The notes: generated by a model from the letters alone, not told the origin. A stretch of DNA of 64,000 nucleotides from Planctomycetota bacterium (GCA_017302815.1 JAFLCQ010000002.1:14969-78968), one strand, 5' to 3'. Shown: positions 46,035-57,564, numbered from the stretch's first letter. Numbers and translations are program-made.

Positions 46035-49000
46035 TCACCATCGCGTATAACGCCACGGATCGTCTCCGAGAATAAAATCCTTACGCCAATCCAAGCGATA
46101 GGCGTTTTCCGGTGGGCGAACCGAAATGCGCATCTTGGACGCCTCGCCAAACAAGCCGCCTGCACCACCATGATCAAATACACGGACGGCAAGGGTATGC
46201 TTGCCCGTAGTCACCAGGGTTCCTGGGACGATGTACGCTCGGGACAGGGTCCACCACGCCGGAGTCGCAGAAGTGGTGCGGCCTACGATCTGACCATCAA
46301 AGTAGACGGTATCAAAGTCGTCGATCAGGCCGAGCGCCAGATCGAGATCCTTCCCGGCCCAGGACGCGGGGATGTCGAGGATGCGGCGGAAGACGGCCTC
46401 ACCGTCAGCGCCGGTCCAATCTCCGCCGTAGCTTTCCCATTCAGCCGGAACCCGCACAGGACGAAGCGCAGCAAGGTCAGCGTCAGGTTTGACCAACGCC
46501 AATGCCACCGGGCTCGGTCCGGGATCGACTGGTGGAGAGCCGTCGGACATGGGCGCCCGCACCCGCTGGGTGAGCGCGGCCTGCCACCCATCGGAGATGG
46601 CCATGCGCTCAGCGTCGGTTGCTGGCGCAACGATGCGTCGATCAAAGGCGAACGATGCGCCAAGGTTGGCCGCAAGCTGGGCGATCGCGCGTAATCCACG
46701 CCAGCGCGTGGTGCGATTCCAACTCAGGCGGTCGGCATCGAGACCGACCGGATCGATCTGGCAGTACACGGCAACGCCGCTGCCGCTGCGCTGCAGGCCG
46801 AGGAGTCCATCGGCGGCAATCCCTGTGCCAGTGTCATCGGCAAGCAGCCAGGCGGGGCCGTCGGCGCGTCGACGCAGTTCGCCCGGCCATAGGCCTGCGC
46901 ATTCCGGCCAGGCGGGCACCGCCAGCGATCCGGGGAAGGATTCGACCCGACGGAGCCGACGGCCCAATTGACCGCGCTCCTGGTGCCCGGGCAGCGCGAG
47001 GATGCGTCCCCCGCGGGCCAGGAAGGCGGAACCCGCGGCCGCGTCGACATCGGCATCCTCGCCGAGCAGGACGAGGCCATCCGCGGGGAGGGACTTGGCC
47101 CGGTCGCAGATGATCCCGATCTCGTTGATCAGTTCTGCGCCGGACTCACCGCCGATATACACCGTCGGCAGGCTGGGCTGCGCCGGAGCCGAGGCGGTCC
47201 ATGCGAGTAGGTTGCGCATCAGACGCTCTGCCGCCGGATCTTCGGCGACGTGATCCTCGAGATCGAGGGTGCAAACGACGATCATGCCGGAACCCAGGCG
47301 GATCGACGCAAGCGGCGTATAGGCGCCGTCGAAACCGCAGCGCAGGATCGGCTGCCAACCCGCACGCATCGGCACCTCGATCGCGGCGCTGGTCACGGCA
47401 TGGCGCGTGCCCCAGCGCCAGCCATGGAGCGGCGTGCGCTGCTCCAGGCTCAACCCCTCATCGTGAGGCAGCAGCCGGCTGTGACCGGTCCAGTCGCGAA
47501 GGTCATCGGCATCGAGTCCGGCGATGGCCGGATGGCCGGGGATCGCTGGAAACACGTTGCGCATAGCCTGCGGTGCCAGGCGCAGACCGAGCCGGTCGGC
47601 ATACCAGCCCGGATCCTGGGCCATCATCAGCACCCGACCGCCGGCGCGCACGAAGGCCTCGATCTGGGCGGCATCCACGCTGCGGTCCGAGATCGCCCGC
47701 CTGCCCACCACCAGCAGCCGATCGGTCCCGCCGGTCCAGGCCGTGGTCGCGGCTCCGATCCGTCCAAGCATGGCGGTGGTGTCGCCAACCGGATCGACCG
47801 TTGCGATCGACGTCGCGATCGGAGACAGAGGACGGAATATCCGGACGGGAAAGCGATCGCGAAAACGCGCATCGCCGATGCGGGCATCGAGTTCGATCGC
47901 ACCATCCGTCCGATCGACGGCGACCGTCGGCACATCGGCGAGGATCGGCGAGAAACGGGTGGTGGCAGGCGGCAGGTCCCCGGCGTCCTGGCCCTGCGCC
48001 ACGATCTTGCCATCGACGGTCATGTGCCAACGCAGGTCGAACGATTCGGATGTCCGGCCGTCATTGATCAGGACACTCTGCTTTGCCAACTGCGAACCCG
48101 CGCGAAAATGGCAGGAACGATCGGTGAATCCCGCGCGATCTGGCGCCGCGCCTGCGATCCACGCCAAGGAGTCGCCATTGGCGGCCACTAGCGCACGTCC
48201 CGCGTCGGTCATGGGCATGACGTCGGGATCGAAGTAGCGCAGCAACGCGGTGGACAACTGCGGCAGCCAGGCTCCCCGCCGTCCCGGTTCCCAGGCGGCA
48301 GCAGGCGTGGGCACCGGTTGAGGGGCACGCCTCAGCCAACCGTGCCCGTTCTCCCAGGGCAGCATGCCACCGGTGACCCCCCAGGTCCGCCAGGTCCGCC
48401 AACTGGTGGCATTGAACAGCGCTTCGAGCTGGTCGAAACCAGGGTGGATGCCTGCGACCTCGGTGGTGTGCCAGGATTTCCAGGTCTGGCCCTCGACGAA
48501 GCGCCCGGAAACCAGGCCCCGGTACTCGGGCGTCTCCAGGCGATAAGCCTCCGCGCCTTGGTAGATCGCGGCATATTCCGTGTAGAATGGCTCGCTGACC
48601 TCGGCGTCGGGATAGGAGCGCCGGCCGCGATGGAAGGTGCTGTAGAGCGGAGTGCCGAACTCGACCATCATCAGCGGCATATTGCCATCCTCTGCCCAAC
48701 GCGCCGGCCACTCGCTGCGCTCCTGCAGCGGAATGAGACACAGATAGCAGTTGATGGTGTAGACGTCGCCGACCGCGGCGCCGGCGTGGGTGATCGCCGG
48801 CCGGGTGGGATCCAGCGTCCGGATGCGTCGCAACGCGTCGCGCCCGGCCTCGGCCTTGCGGCGGTAGCCGGAATGGTCGGGATCGCCGGCACGTCCGATA
48901 AACAGCGGATTCTGATCCTGGCCGTGGCCGAAGCGGTTGGCGCCGGTTGCCCACATCATCACCGAGGGGTGGTTGCGCAGTTCACGCACGCCATCGGCCA

Positions 49001-50267
49001 TGCGCTGTTCCCAGCGGGCGACGACCTCCGGCTTGTCCCATGCACCGATCGCGTCCGCGTTGTCCAGCGCCGGCGCGATCAGCAGGATCCCGAGCCGGTC
49101 GGCTTCGCTGCACCAGAGATCGTCAAAGGCGACGACGCCGCGTTGATCGCGATTCCACGGCCACATTTCATACATGTTGAATCCGGATCGGCGCAATCCC
49201 ACAAGGACGCCGGCGAGGTGCTCGCGCACCCCGGCGGTCAACCCCTCGGCGTGGACCGGCGCCGGCCGCAAGCGGATCTCGACCTCGTTGAGGAGGAAGC
49301 GCTTGCCGTCGATACGGAACTCGCGGAAGCCGAACTCCTGGTCGAGGCGGTCGGTGAAACCAGCGGCCCGCACCGCCAGCTCCAACCTGTAGAGTACCGG
49401 ATGGTCGAGATCCCACAGCTCCGGATCCGGCCAGGACCAGGCCGCCCGTACCGCGCCGGATCCGGCAGTGGCGTCGACCGTGGCCGTGAATCGACGCACC
49501 TCGCGACCGGCAGCATCGCGCACGGTCGCCGCAAGCTCGACCGGGGCCGCCGCCCCTAGTCCGGCATACTCGGCGGTCACGGCCAGTTCACGGTTGCGGA
49601 CCGACGTGGCGATCGCACAGCCGGTGAGGTGGGCGCCGGACGGACGGCTCTGCAGCAACACGTCGCCGATGATCCCGCGCGAGGCCAGAACAGCCTTCTC
49701 GGTCAGCACCTGCCCCTCGCCCTGGCCCATGTAGCGGGTGACCAGGCCGCTGTCCGCGACGGCCACCACCTCGATCCGCAGGCGTTGGGTCCGGCCCGGC
49801 AGCGCGGTAGCGGTGAGGTCGACTTCGCCGCCGGGCCAGGCCACCCGCCCGGCGGCCCGGCCATCGAGCCATACCGTCGCGTCGGTGGATACCCGGCGCA
49901 GATCCAGGAGGATGGTCCGTCCCGTCCAGTCGGCCGGAATGGCGATATCGCGCTCGTAGACGCCAAGCGGTGACTCGTCGAGACCGCGTTCCCAGGCCGG
50001 TCCGGTGCCCCGCACGGTCAGCCCGGGCAATGCGCAGGGTCGCCAGCTGCCCGGCACCCGGATGCGCCCCCATGCGGCCGGGTCGGCTTGCACCTGGGCT
50101 GCTTGCCCGGGCTGGAAGCACCAGACGCCGTTGAGGCAGATACGGGCCCGGTACGGACTGGCGTCCTCGATCGGCTCCCGCCCCCAATCCACACCACCAG
50201 GGAGCGACAGATCTGCGCCACGGATACAGGAGACAAACAGGAGCAGCAGGAGTGGCGCGTGTCTCAT
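46035..50267 (-). CDS. Very large GH2-like glycoside hydrolase (about 1410 aa) with signal peptide and C-terminal jelly-roll sugar-binding-like domain
   Basis: Track ORF 46035..50360. The start is chosen at MRHAPLLLLLFVSCIRGADLS, a signal peptide. There are GH2-like N-terminal sugar-binding and TIM-barrel regions (GFNMYEMWPW, SVMMWATGANR). The C-terminal block is DFDTVYFDGQIVGRTTS...KHTLAVRVFDHGGAGGLFG. Confidence 0.65.
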   Translation of the reverse strand: MRHAPLLLLLFVSCIRGADLSLPGGVDWGREPIEDASPYRARICLNGVWCFQPGQAAQVQADPAAWGRIRVPGSWRPCALPGLTVRGTGPAWERGLDESPLGVYERDIAIPADWTGRTILLDLRRVSTDATVWLDGRAAGRVAWPGGEVDLTATALPGRTQRLRIEVVAVADSGLVTRYMGQGEGQVLTEKAVLASRGIIGDVLLQSRPSGAHLTGCAIATSVRNRELAVTAEYAGLGAAAPVELAATVRDAAGREVRRFTATVDATAGSGAVRAAWSWPDPELWDLDHPVLYRLELAVRAAGFTDRLDQEFGFREFRIDGKRFLLNEVEIRLRPAPVHAEGLTAGVREHLAGVLVGLRRSGFNMYEMWPWNRDQRGVVAFDDLWCSEADRLGILLIAPALDNADAIGAWDKPEVVARWEQRMADGVRELRNHPSVMMWATGANRFGHGQDQNPLFIGRAGDPDHSGYRRKAEAGRDALRRIRTLDPTRPAITHAGAAVGDVYTINCYLCLIPLQERSEWPARWAEDGNMPLMMVEFGTPLYSTFHRGRRSYPDAEVSEPFYTEYAAIYQGAEAYRLETPEYRGLVSGRFVEGQTWKSWHTTEVAGIHPGFDQLEALFNATSWRTWRTWGVTGGMLPWENGHGWLRRAPQPVPTPAAAWEPGRRGAWLPQLSTALLRYFDPDVMPMTDAGRALVAANGDSLAWIAGAAPDRAGFTDRSCHFRAGSQLAKQSVLINDGRTSESFDLRWHMTVDGKIVAQGQDAGDLPPATTRFSPILADVPTVAVDRTDGAIELDARIGDARFRDRFPVRIFRPLSPIATSIATVDPVGDTTAMLGRIGAATTAWTGGTDRLLVVGRRAISDRSVDAAQIEAFVRAGGRVLMMAQDPGWYADRLGLRLAPQAMRNVFPAIPGHPAIAGLDADDLRDWTGHSRLLPHDEGLSLEQRTPLHGWRWGTRHAVTSAAIEVPMRAGWQPILRCGFDGAYTPLASIRLGSGMIVVCTLDLEDHVAEDPAAERLMRNLLAWTASAPAQPSLPTVYIGGESGAELINEIGIICDRAKSLPADGLVLLGEDADVDAAAGSAFLARGGRILALPGHQERGQLGRRLRRVESFPGSLAVPAWPECAGLWPGELRRRADGPAWLLADDTGTGIAADGLLGLQRSGSGVAVYCQIDPVGLDADRLSWNRTTRWRGLRAIAQLAANLGASFAFDRRIVAPATDAERMAISDGWQAALTQRVRAPMSDGSPPVDPGPSPVALALVKPDADLAALRPVRVPAEWESYGGDWTGADGEAVFRRILDIPASWAGKDLDLALGLIDDFDTVYFDGQIVGRTTSATPAWWTLSRAYIVPGTLVTTGKHTLAVRVFDHGGAGGLFGEASKMRISVRPPENAYRLDWRKDFILGDDPWRYTRW

Positions 50268-50428
50268 GATGCATGCATAGGTATACGCATTTATTAAATT
50301 GTCGATATTGTTAATTCTGACTCGGCACGGTAATACCACCGTTCTTCCGGGTGGACGCAACCGTCAGTGGGGTTGGCGACATGATGAATCCGATAACATA
50401 GCAAGCATCCACCCGCCGGGATCCCTCC

Positions 50429-51772
50429 ATGGTCATCCGTTCTGCTCTAGCCCCCGCCCTCTTGCTGTTGGCTGCGGCACTGTCGCCGGCTGCCGAACCG
50501 GCCAAGCCGTTGTTGCGAGACTTCATGGGCATCAACTTCCACACCTTCCAAGTGGGCGATCCCACCCTCTATGCACAGACCTGCCGACTGGCACGCGATT
50601 ACCACCCTTTCCCCTGGGACGTTGAAGCCGACACGGCGGCCGCCTTCCCCTTCCCGTTCAGTCGCGAGAAGATGATCAAAGGAAAGCCGGTTGATTGGAC
50701 CGCCGTCTATGGTGGCTGGCGGGCCGCAGGCTACACCAAGATCGACGCCTGCATCATGCAGACCGACTACACGCGCGACAAGTTCACCATCAAAAACCAT
50801 CCCGGCGATCTCGAACGATACGGTCGAGAATTCGCTGCTTTTTTTGGGCCGTCCGGCAGCCATCCGCTCGTGGACTCCATGGAGGTGGAAAACGAGCCTG
50901 AGAAGTGGACCGATGACGCGTATCGTGAACTGTTTGTCGCCATGGCGCGCGGAATCCGTGCCGGGGATCCGAAAATGAAGATCACGCCTTGCAATATGAC
51001 CGTATTGAAGCCGGACAACCGATGGGAGAAGCCGCTCCAGATCCTTGCCGGTCAGGAGGCGTTGTTCGATGCGATCAGCATGCATGTCTATTCACTGAAG
51101 GCCGGTTGGCCGTCCTTTGAACGCACCTATCCCGAGGCGCCTGGAATTCCCTATCTCACCTCGGTAGATGCGATGATCGCGTACCGCGCCGAGCACAAGG
51201 AACTCGCCGGCAAGGAATTGTGGATCACGGAATTCGGCTACGACGCCGCATCTCCGCAGGCGCTCAAATCAGCCGACCCGAAATGGGTCTCTTCCACGGA
51301 ACTTCAGCAGGCCCAATGGCTGGTCCGTTCGTTCCTGCTCTTCGCCGCGCGCGACGTACAACGCGCCTATATCTACTTCTTTGATGACGCTGATGGCAAG
51401 AGTTTCCATGCCGCCTCAGGCATTACCCGCAAAGGGACGCCAAAGCCCGCATTCTTTGCCGTTCGTCATCTCTTCGCTGCGCTTGGCGACTACCGTTTCA
51501 AGCGGGTGGTAGTCCAGGATGCCGACGCGGTATACGTCTACGAGTTCGCCAATGATGTCGGCGCGGTGGCGTGGACGGTGTGGTCTCCGACCTCGGGCCA
51601 TCCCGCAACCGAGCGCAAAATCGCTGGGGCTCCTGGACAGGTCTTACGCGCCGAGCACTTGGCGACAACCGACGAAAAACCCGCGCCGGTCAAATGCCAA
51701 GTTGCCAGCGGCAACCTCATGCTGAGCGTCGACGAGTCGCCGACCTTGGTGTTTTTCAAGCCCAAGCACTGA
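50429..51772 (+). CDS. Secreted GH-A-clan TIM-barrel glycoside hydrolase (GH5/GH39-like)
   Basis: Track ORF. The signal peptide is MVIRSALAPALLLLAAALSPAAEP. The candidate acid/base is MEVENEPEKW (NEP). The candidate nucleophile is ELWITEFGYD (TEFG). Confidence 0.65.
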   Translation: MVIRSALAPALLLLAAALSPAAEPAKPLLRDFMGINFHTFQVGDPTLYAQTCRLARDYHPFPWDVEADTAAAFPFPFSREKMIKGKPVDWTAVYGGWRAAGYTKIDACIMQTDYTRDKFTIKNHPGDLERYGREFAAFFGPSGSHPLVDSMEVENEPEKWTDDAYRELFVAMARGIRAGDPKMKITPCNMTVLKPDNRWEKPLQILAGQEALFDAISMHVYSLKAGWPSFERTYPEAPGIPYLTSVDAMIAYRAEHKELAGKELWITEFGYDAASPQALKSADPKWVSSTELQQAQWLVRSFLLFAARDVQRAYIYFFDDADGKSFHAASGITRKGTPKPAFFAVRHLFAALGDYRFKRVVVQDADAVYVYEFANDVGAVAWTVWSPTSGHPATERKIAGAPGQVLRAEHLATTDEKPAPVKCQVASGNLMLSVDESPTLVFFKPKH

Positions 51773-51852
51773 TTCAGGCGTGTATCTCGCCTGGCAGTCG
51801 GAGCCGTGATGCGGGTTTCCCTTCGTATCGAGGAATCCTATGTTGACGTCGA

Positions 51853-52743
51853 ATGCAACGTCCGGCTCCCGACTTATCCGATCGCCAAACAATCACCGAG
51901 ATGTTCTTTTCCGGCCTGCTTGGCCGCGATGAGACTCCGCCCGATCTTTTCGTCAACACCATCGGACGCTGCACCAGCCGCGGCCGCTTCCGTTACCGGC
52001 TCGACAGCGCGTTCTTCCACATGCGCTTCATGCTCGCCGGAAGCGGCCATGGAGACTGCCGAGGGCGCCGGCTAGAGCTTACGGCCGGTGACGTGGCGCT
52101 GTTCTGGCCCGGCCAGGCGATCGACCTACGTGACCGCCCTGAGGAGCCCTGGGATTTCATCTGGCTGGAGCTGGCCGGCAAGAACGTGCCATGGGCGATC
52201 CGTCGCGCTGGTTTCGGATCCGAACACACGGTATGGCGGTTGGGCCCCGGCAATGAAGCGGTGGCACAAGCCGTTGCGGTATTCGAGCGATTCAAGCGCG
52301 GCAGGCTGCCCCCCCTCTATCCAATCATGGCTGGGTGGCAGCTGCTGGCGCACACCGCCGAGTTGGCGAATCTGGTCCCCGAACCCGACAAAAGCCTGGA
52401 TGTGGGCGAAGCCAGCCGACGCTTCATCCTCGCGTGCGACCACCAAGTGGGCACCACCGAACTGGCCCAACATCTGCACATGAGCCGCACCAGCCTGTTC
52501 CGCATCTTTGTGCGCCAGTACGGAGTGCCGCCCAAGGAGTTCATCGAGCGGATCCGCCTCGAACAGGCATGCTATCTGCTCAGCTGCACCGCACTCAGCG
52601 TGCGCGACATCGCAACCCGCTGCCATTACAAGGACAGCGAATATTTCGCACGCCGCTTCCGTCGTTTCTACAACAGCAACCCGATGCACTGGCGTCGGAC
52701 GGTGAAGGCCGGCGTCCCGCGGTCGGCGGAGTTAGGGCCGTAG
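51853..52743 (+). CDS. AraC-family transcriptional regulator
   Basis: Track ORF. The C-terminal HTH is [43 protein letters not shown]...[15 protein letters not shown]. Confidence 0.75.
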   Translation: MQRPAPDLSDRQTITEMFFSGLLGRDETPPDLFVNTIGRCTSRGRFRYRLDSAFFHMRFMLAGSGHGDCRGRRLELTAGDVALFWPGQAIDLRDRPEEPWDFIWLELAGKNVPWAIRRAGFGSEHTVWRLGPGNEAVAQAVAVFERFKRGRLPPLYPIMAGWQLLAHTAELANLVPEPDKSLDVGEASRRFILACDHQVGTTELAQHLHMSRTSLFRIFVRQYGVPPKEFIERIRLEQACYLLSCTALSVRDIATRCHYKDSEYFARRFRRFYNSNPMHWRRTVKAGVPRSAELGP

Positions 52744-52921
52744 GGAATCGGCGCGGTTCCCCACGACAACAAGGAACAACCTGCCAATGCGCCGGGTAAG
52801 TGGCCTCCAATGCCCAGGTGCGGCCGGTGAGACGCGACTGGCTCATGCGGGACGCCTGTGGGGGGAGACGAAACAATCTGCGGGGTTTGAAGTTCGCTGG
52901 AATGCTTATGATGAAACCCAT

Positions 52922-53692
52922 ATGACCACAAGCAGAAATCTCTGCCACTCGCCGCGCAACGGCTTCAGCCTGATTGAACTGCTGGTGGTCATCGTCATCA
53001 TCGCCATCCTCTCCGGAATTCTCCTACCGGCCATTGGCATGGTGAAGCAGGCAGCCCGCGAGTCGGTCTGCCGCAGCAACTTGCGTCAGATAGGCCTTGC
53101 GACATCCGCGTATGTTTCGGACTTCAACGGAATCCTGCCAGCTGTCGAAGCACCACCATTTTCGGGCGGAAATCGGGTCGCCTGGGGTTACTCTTTATCT
53201 CTGTATCTGGACCAAGACAATCCACCTACAGTCGTTGCCGATAGTTGGGCCAAAGTCCTCTGGGAACCGGGGTACAAGCGAACCGACTATACCGCCGCCT
53301 GGGACAATGGGTACGGCATGAACGACCGACCTGGACAGGATTACACGTCCAATCAATACAGCGTCAGCGCACCGGGCTATACCTGGGACTCACCCGACCC
53401 AAACTTTGTCTTCTGGTCACAAGCCCGCATCACTCTGCAGAGCCGGCGCATCTTGGTGGGCGACATGTATCTGCGTTCAGATCATGCGCTTCGCCTGATC
53501 AAACCATCGTCCCAACGAGTCTTCTCGAATTACGCGGTTAACGGTCCAGCTACAGCCGGCGATCGGGCGAATGGGGACCCCTACCGTCATCGTGGCAAGG
53601 CCAATTACCTCTTCTGCGACGGACACGTGGCTTTGGTCGACCCGATCAACGCAGCACTCGGCCTCTGCAATCCGGCCGCAATGGAGCAGTGA
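52922..53692 (+). CDS. Prepilin-type N-terminal cleavage/methylation domain protein with H-X9-DG (DUF1559) domain
   Basis: The internal Met of track ORF 52787..53692 gives [39 protein letters not shown]. The C-terminal [17 protein letters not shown] is H-X9-DG. Confidence 0.75.
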   Translation: MTTSRNLCHSPRNGFSLIELLVVIVIIAILSGILLPAIGMVKQAARESVCRSNLRQIGLATSAYVSDFNGILPAVEAPPFSGGNRVAWGYSLSLYLDQDNPPTVVADSWAKVLWEPGYKRTDYTAAWDNGYGMNDRPGQDYTSNQYSVSAPGYTWDSPDPNFVFWSQARITLQSRRILVGDMYLRSDHALRLIKPSSQRVFSNYAVNGPATAGDRANGDPYRHRGKANYLFCDGHVALVDPINAALGLCNPAAMEQ

Positions 53693-53747
53693 GTAGCACT
53701 CATTCAGTTGTTGGTTGCGTCTACGTCCATGCGTATACTTATACGCC

Positions 53748-54773
53748 ATGACCAGAAAGCCGAATGTTACACAGCAGGAAATCGCCCGGCGCCTAGGAAT
53801 CACGCAAGTCACGGTCTCGCGGGCGCTCAGCGGCAAAGATCGCCTTTCGCCCGGAACCCGTGAACGTGTTCTCGCGTTGGCTGAGGAGTTGGGCTACCGC
53901 GTCAACGGCCTGGCCCGCCGAGTTCAAGAAGGTCGCTATCGCGGCATGACGCTGCTGGGCAACCTGGGAAGACTGACCTTCAATGTGTGGGAACAGGAAT
54001 TCCACATCGCCGTTGCCAGGACCTTGGCCGAGCGCTCATGGCATCTCACTGCTGGTTGGCTGCCCGCCGAAGGACTTGCCGATCCCAGCGTGGTGGACGG
54101 TTTGCTCGATCGGATGCTGGCCGACGCCGCCCTCATCTATGATGTCGGACCGCAATCGCCGCAAGTCGAGGACATCCTGGCCCGCTATCGCATCACGCCA
54201 ATCTGGGTCAACGCGGGCCGGCTTGTCGACGGTGTCGGCTTCGCCGATGCTGATGGTTCCCGCCTTGCCATCCACCATCTGCTGAAGCAGGGATACCGGA
54301 GGCCAGCGCTGCTTCTGGCAGGACCGGAAACAGATCGCCAATATGCCCATATCAGCGTTCTCGAGCGCACCCGCGGCTTTGTCGGCGCCTGCGCCGAGGC
54401 CGGTCTGCCAGCCTGGGTTGCACACCCGGCGCAGTCCAATCAGCCAAGCGAGCAGGCGAAGCATCTGCACCAGCTACTCACTGGAATCGATCGCCCGGAT
54501 GCCCTGCTATGCTATGCGCCGCATCAAGCGGCACTGGTGCGCCTGGTATGCGCCGAGTGCAGGCTGCGCATCGGCGCCGATCTCGGGTTGATCACCTTCG
54601 TCAAGCCCAACGAACGCATCCTCGACACGGAGGTCAGCGCCTGTCAGCTCGACTACGATGCGCTAGGCCGTGAAGCGGTGAATATGGCCTGGCGCCGACT
54701 GGAGAGTGGACCACAGCCGCAGGTACTGGTGCCGATCACGCTGGTCCGACCCGGGGCGACCACGACCCGTTGA
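53748..54773 (+). CDS. LacI-family transcriptional regulator
   Basis: The start is at MTRKPNVTQQEIARRLGITQVTVSRALSG, a LacI HTH, within track ORF 53715..54773. The C-terminal part is a PBP-like sugar-binding domain. Confidence 0.8.
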   Translation: MTRKPNVTQQEIARRLGITQVTVSRALSGKDRLSPGTRERVLALAEELGYRVNGLARRVQEGRYRGMTLLGNLGRLTFNVWEQEFHIAVARTLAERSWHLTAGWLPAEGLADPSVVDGLLDRMLADAALIYDVGPQSPQVEDILARYRITPIWVNAGRLVDGVGFADADGSRLAIHHLLKQGYRRPALLLAGPETDRQYAHISVLERTRGFVGACAEAGLPAWVAHPAQSNQPSEQAKHLHQLLTGIDRPDALLCYAPHQAALVRLVCAECRLRIGADLGLITFVKPNERILDTEVSACQLDYDALGREAVNMAWRRLESGPQPQVLVPITLVRPGATTTR

Positions 54774-54778
54774 CCATC

Positions 54779-56230
54779 CTAGGGTGCAAAGCATCCGATC
54801 CGGACCGTGAGTCCACGCCACTGCGGAGTGACATAGCCCGGCCCCTCGAAGTTCGGGAGAAGCACGAGTTCCTCGCCAGGAATCATATCGGTCTCGGCAG
54901 CGATGTGCACACCATGACCATCGCGTTGCGCCGCCATGGCATGCGCCAGGAGCGATCCAGTTGAACCTTTCCATCCGAAGCGGATTAAGGCCAGCGACAT
55001 CCGCTTGTCCTCGTTGCGGTAGATATCGATGCCCGTGGTGGCAGAGTCTATGCGATAGCGCCCCTTGGACGGGGCGCTGAAGACGATTACGCCGATCTCG
55101 CGACGACCCGCGCCGAAACCGCTCGCTCCGAACAACTGCACTCCGCTGGGACCCTGGAAATTCCGGGCTTCCTCCAACCACGACATGGCATTGCCTTCCC
55201 AAGCGCGCTCCAGGGGCTGAGCATCGCGCTCGACGCGATTGGCAAAACGACCGCGATCCAGCCAGGTCAGCCGCCATAACGGCCGCCCATCGGCAGCGGT
55301 ATACACCGGATCGCCGACCCAGTTGGTACCCGGTCGCGGCAGCTCCCAGGTCTGTTCGGCTGCCTTTCCGGCCGGGTCCGTCATCGCTGCCGCGACCGGC
55401 ATCGACTGAGCAACGGCCGCCGGTGGCCACAGCACCAGACCGGCCGTCAGCGGATCGGGCATGACATGCTGTCCCGGTGTCCCGGCTGCAAGGAGACCCG
55501 GAAGACAACGCTGGAAGACATCCGTGAAGATCGCAGATCCGGCGTCCGTGGGATGACAACTGTCGCCAGAGAACTGTGGCCAAGCCAGAGTTCCCGCTGC
55601 TATCCTCTGCTGTACCTCGACGCCCAGTGAGATGGTTGGGATGCCATAGCGTGCAGCAACCCGCTCATGGGCACTTGCCGAGGGCGGTAGATGTCCGGCA
55701 TCAAGATGCGGCAGGTGGGACTGGGCAACGGTGTAGTAGATGAGCAGATCGGCTGTCGGGCGACGAGTCCAGGCCTTGCGCACCATGCGTTCGATGTGGG
55801 CGCTGCGATCGCGATCGCCATCGTTCACCGCAAATTCGATCAGCACCATATCTGGCTCGTGAGCCAGGACATCTCGATCAAATCGCATGGCGCCATAATC
55901 TGAACCAGTCCCATCGATCCCGGCATTGTGTACGGTCAGTTTGACACCGGGATAGGTGCGTCGCAGCCAGGCCTCGATCGCGGTGATGTGCCCCTGCGGA
56001 CGACCGCCGCCGACGGTGATGGACCCGCCTATCCAAACCATGCTCACCGGCTCTCCATTGCGGATCCGGGCTGCCACATTGGGCATACCGCCGCGGATCG
56101 ACATTAGTGAGGCCGGTTCGAGCGGCAGACTCTCTCCAGCGCCACATGGAGCGGCAATAACGACGAGCGCGGCCACCGCCATCATGGCCAAGCGTACGGT
56201 CTGGAGCGCATCAGGATTAAAGAAGGACAT
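54779..56230 (-). CDS. Secreted SGNH/GDSL-family hydrolase with C-terminal extension
   Basis: The start is at MSFFNPDALQTVRLAMMAVAALVVIAAPCGAGE, a signal peptide, within track ORF 54779..56383. Block I is VWIGGSITVGGG. Block V is DSCHPTDAG. Confidence 0.65.
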   Translation of the reverse strand: MSFFNPDALQTVRLAMMAVAALVVIAAPCGAGESLPLEPASLMSIRGGMPNVAARIRNGEPVSMVWIGGSITVGGGRPQGHITAIEAWLRRTYPGVKLTVHNAGIDGTGSDYGAMRFDRDVLAHEPDMVLIEFAVNDGDRDRSAHIERMVRKAWTRRPTADLLIYYTVAQSHLPHLDAGHLPPSASAHERVAARYGIPTISLGVEVQQRIAAGTLAWPQFSGDSCHPTDAGSAIFTDVFQRCLPGLLAAGTPGQHVMPDPLTAGLVLWPPAAVAQSMPVAAAMTDPAGKAAEQTWELPRPGTNWVGDPVYTAADGRPLWRLTWLDRGRFANRVERDAQPLERAWEGNAMSWLEEARNFQGPSGVQLFGASGFGAGRREIGVIVFSAPSKGRYRIDSATTGIDIYRNEDKRMSLALIRFGWKGSTGSLLAHAMAAQRDGHGVHIAAETDMIPGEELVLLPNFEGPGYVTPQWRGLTVRIGCFAP

Positions 56231-56247
56231 AATGGATCCTGGGATTT

Positions 56248-57564
56248 TCAAGGGAGACGTACGAGACGAACATGCCGCTGACGAGGCGACGCAGCCGCGG
56301 ATGCAGCCGCGGACGCATTGCGCATTTCGGCCGCAATGCGCTGCTGCTGTCCAGCGAGACGCAACCAGGCCTCGCGTTGCCATACCCCATAGGCGAAGCC
56401 CTCGCTGCGATCGCGTTCGAGTTGCGCCTCGACGATAGCTCGGGACGTCACGAGATCGGCAGGGTCACCACCAGCGGGACGGATGATGAAGTGCTCAACC
56501 GCCGCCAGGGTACGCAGTTCATCACTCTCCAGGCGATGTCGTTCGGCATCATGGGCGACCGCATTCTCGGCCTGTCGGTACTGCGGCGTTAGCGGTTGGT
56601 CGACAAGGTCGATGCCGGAAGCCAAATCGCGTGCATCAGCTATCGCCACCGCGTGTTCATCTATGCACAGGCGGTACCGTGCCGGAACGAGTCCGATGAC
56701 ACGGAATATCTCGCGCTGGCGGGCAAACGGTCCACCGATCCAGGCCAATGCTGGACGAGCCGCCTCGGGAATCGGACAAGGCAGCGCTGCTGCCAGCCAA
56801 GTGCAGGCAAAGCCTTCCGGCGAAATCGTCAGGTCGTTGATCGCGCACCCCACCGCATGCTCGATCTGTCCGGATGCGACGTCCAGCGACATGTCCATCG
56901 CGGCGCCAGGGAAGCCCTGGGCCTCGAGGAGGATATGGGCCATCAGCAGGTGGCCGGCCGGTCCGGGATGAACCCGATCGTCTCCAATGATCGACCGAGT
57001 CGGCTCCCGTACCTGTAGTCCGCGGTTTACAACGCGCATTGCTTCGTGGAGATCCACGAGCGCCGCATCGTATCTCGTAGCCAACTCCCTGACATGGCCG
57101 GCGCAGGCGGCCAGGGCGTCATCGACTCCGACCCGGTTGACCTCGGCCTGGCAGCCTGACTGGTCGTATGGCGTCGGCGTAAGCAGGACGACGCGTGATC
57201 CGATCCCCTTGAGACGCTGTACGATCCTCTCCATGCGCTCCGCGAATCCCGTTATGGCTGTTTGGCGCGCTTCCCGCGGGATCGGTTGACTCGTTGTCGG
57301 ATCGTACAGGTCGCGGCACACATCGTTCATGCCCAGCATGACCACCGCTAGGGTTGGCTGACGAGGGACGATATCCCAGTCCATCCGGCGAAGCACGCCG
57401 TCGGCGCTGTCACCGGACAAGCCGCAATTGTGGAAATCCAGACCGGGATGTGCACCGCGCAGGAGATGCCAACGGTGGATGAATGCATGAAAGAGCCCCC
57501 CACGACTGATGCTGTCACCGATCCAGCACACTCGTTCGTTGGGCCGGAATGCGAAGTCATTCAT
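56248..57564 (-). CDS. SGNH/GDSL-family hydrolase (esterase)
   Basis: Track ORF 56248..57588. The start is chosen at MNDFAF because a perfect AAGGAG lies 9 nt upstream on the coding strand. Block I is CWIGDSISRGG. Block V is DRVHPGPAGH. Confidence 0.7.
   Translation of the reverse strand: MNDFAFRPNERVCWIGDSISRGGLFHAFIHRWHLLRGAHPGLDFHNCGLSGDSADGVLRRMDWDIVPRQPTLAVVMLGMNDVCRDLYDPTTSQPIPREARQTAITGFAERMERIVQRLKGIGSRVVLLTPTPYDQSGCQAEVNRVGVDDALAACAGHVRELATRYDAALVDLHEAMRVVNRGLQVREPTRSIIGDDRVHPGPAGHLLMAHILLEAQGFPGAAMDMSLDVASGQIEHAVGCAINDLTISPEGFACTWLAAALPCPIPEAARPALAWIGGPFARQREIFRVIGLVPARYRLCIDEHAVAIADARDLASGIDLVDQPLTPQYRQAENAVAHDAERHRLESDELRTLAAVEHFIIRPAGGDPADLVTSRAIVEAQLERDRSEGFAYGVWQREAWLRLAGQQQRIAAEMRNASAAASAAASPRQRHVRLVRLP

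Noticed and set aside
47250-49559. Plus-strand ORFs 47250..48191, 47524..48237 and 48318..49559
   Set aside because: They lie antisense to the large GH2-like gene.
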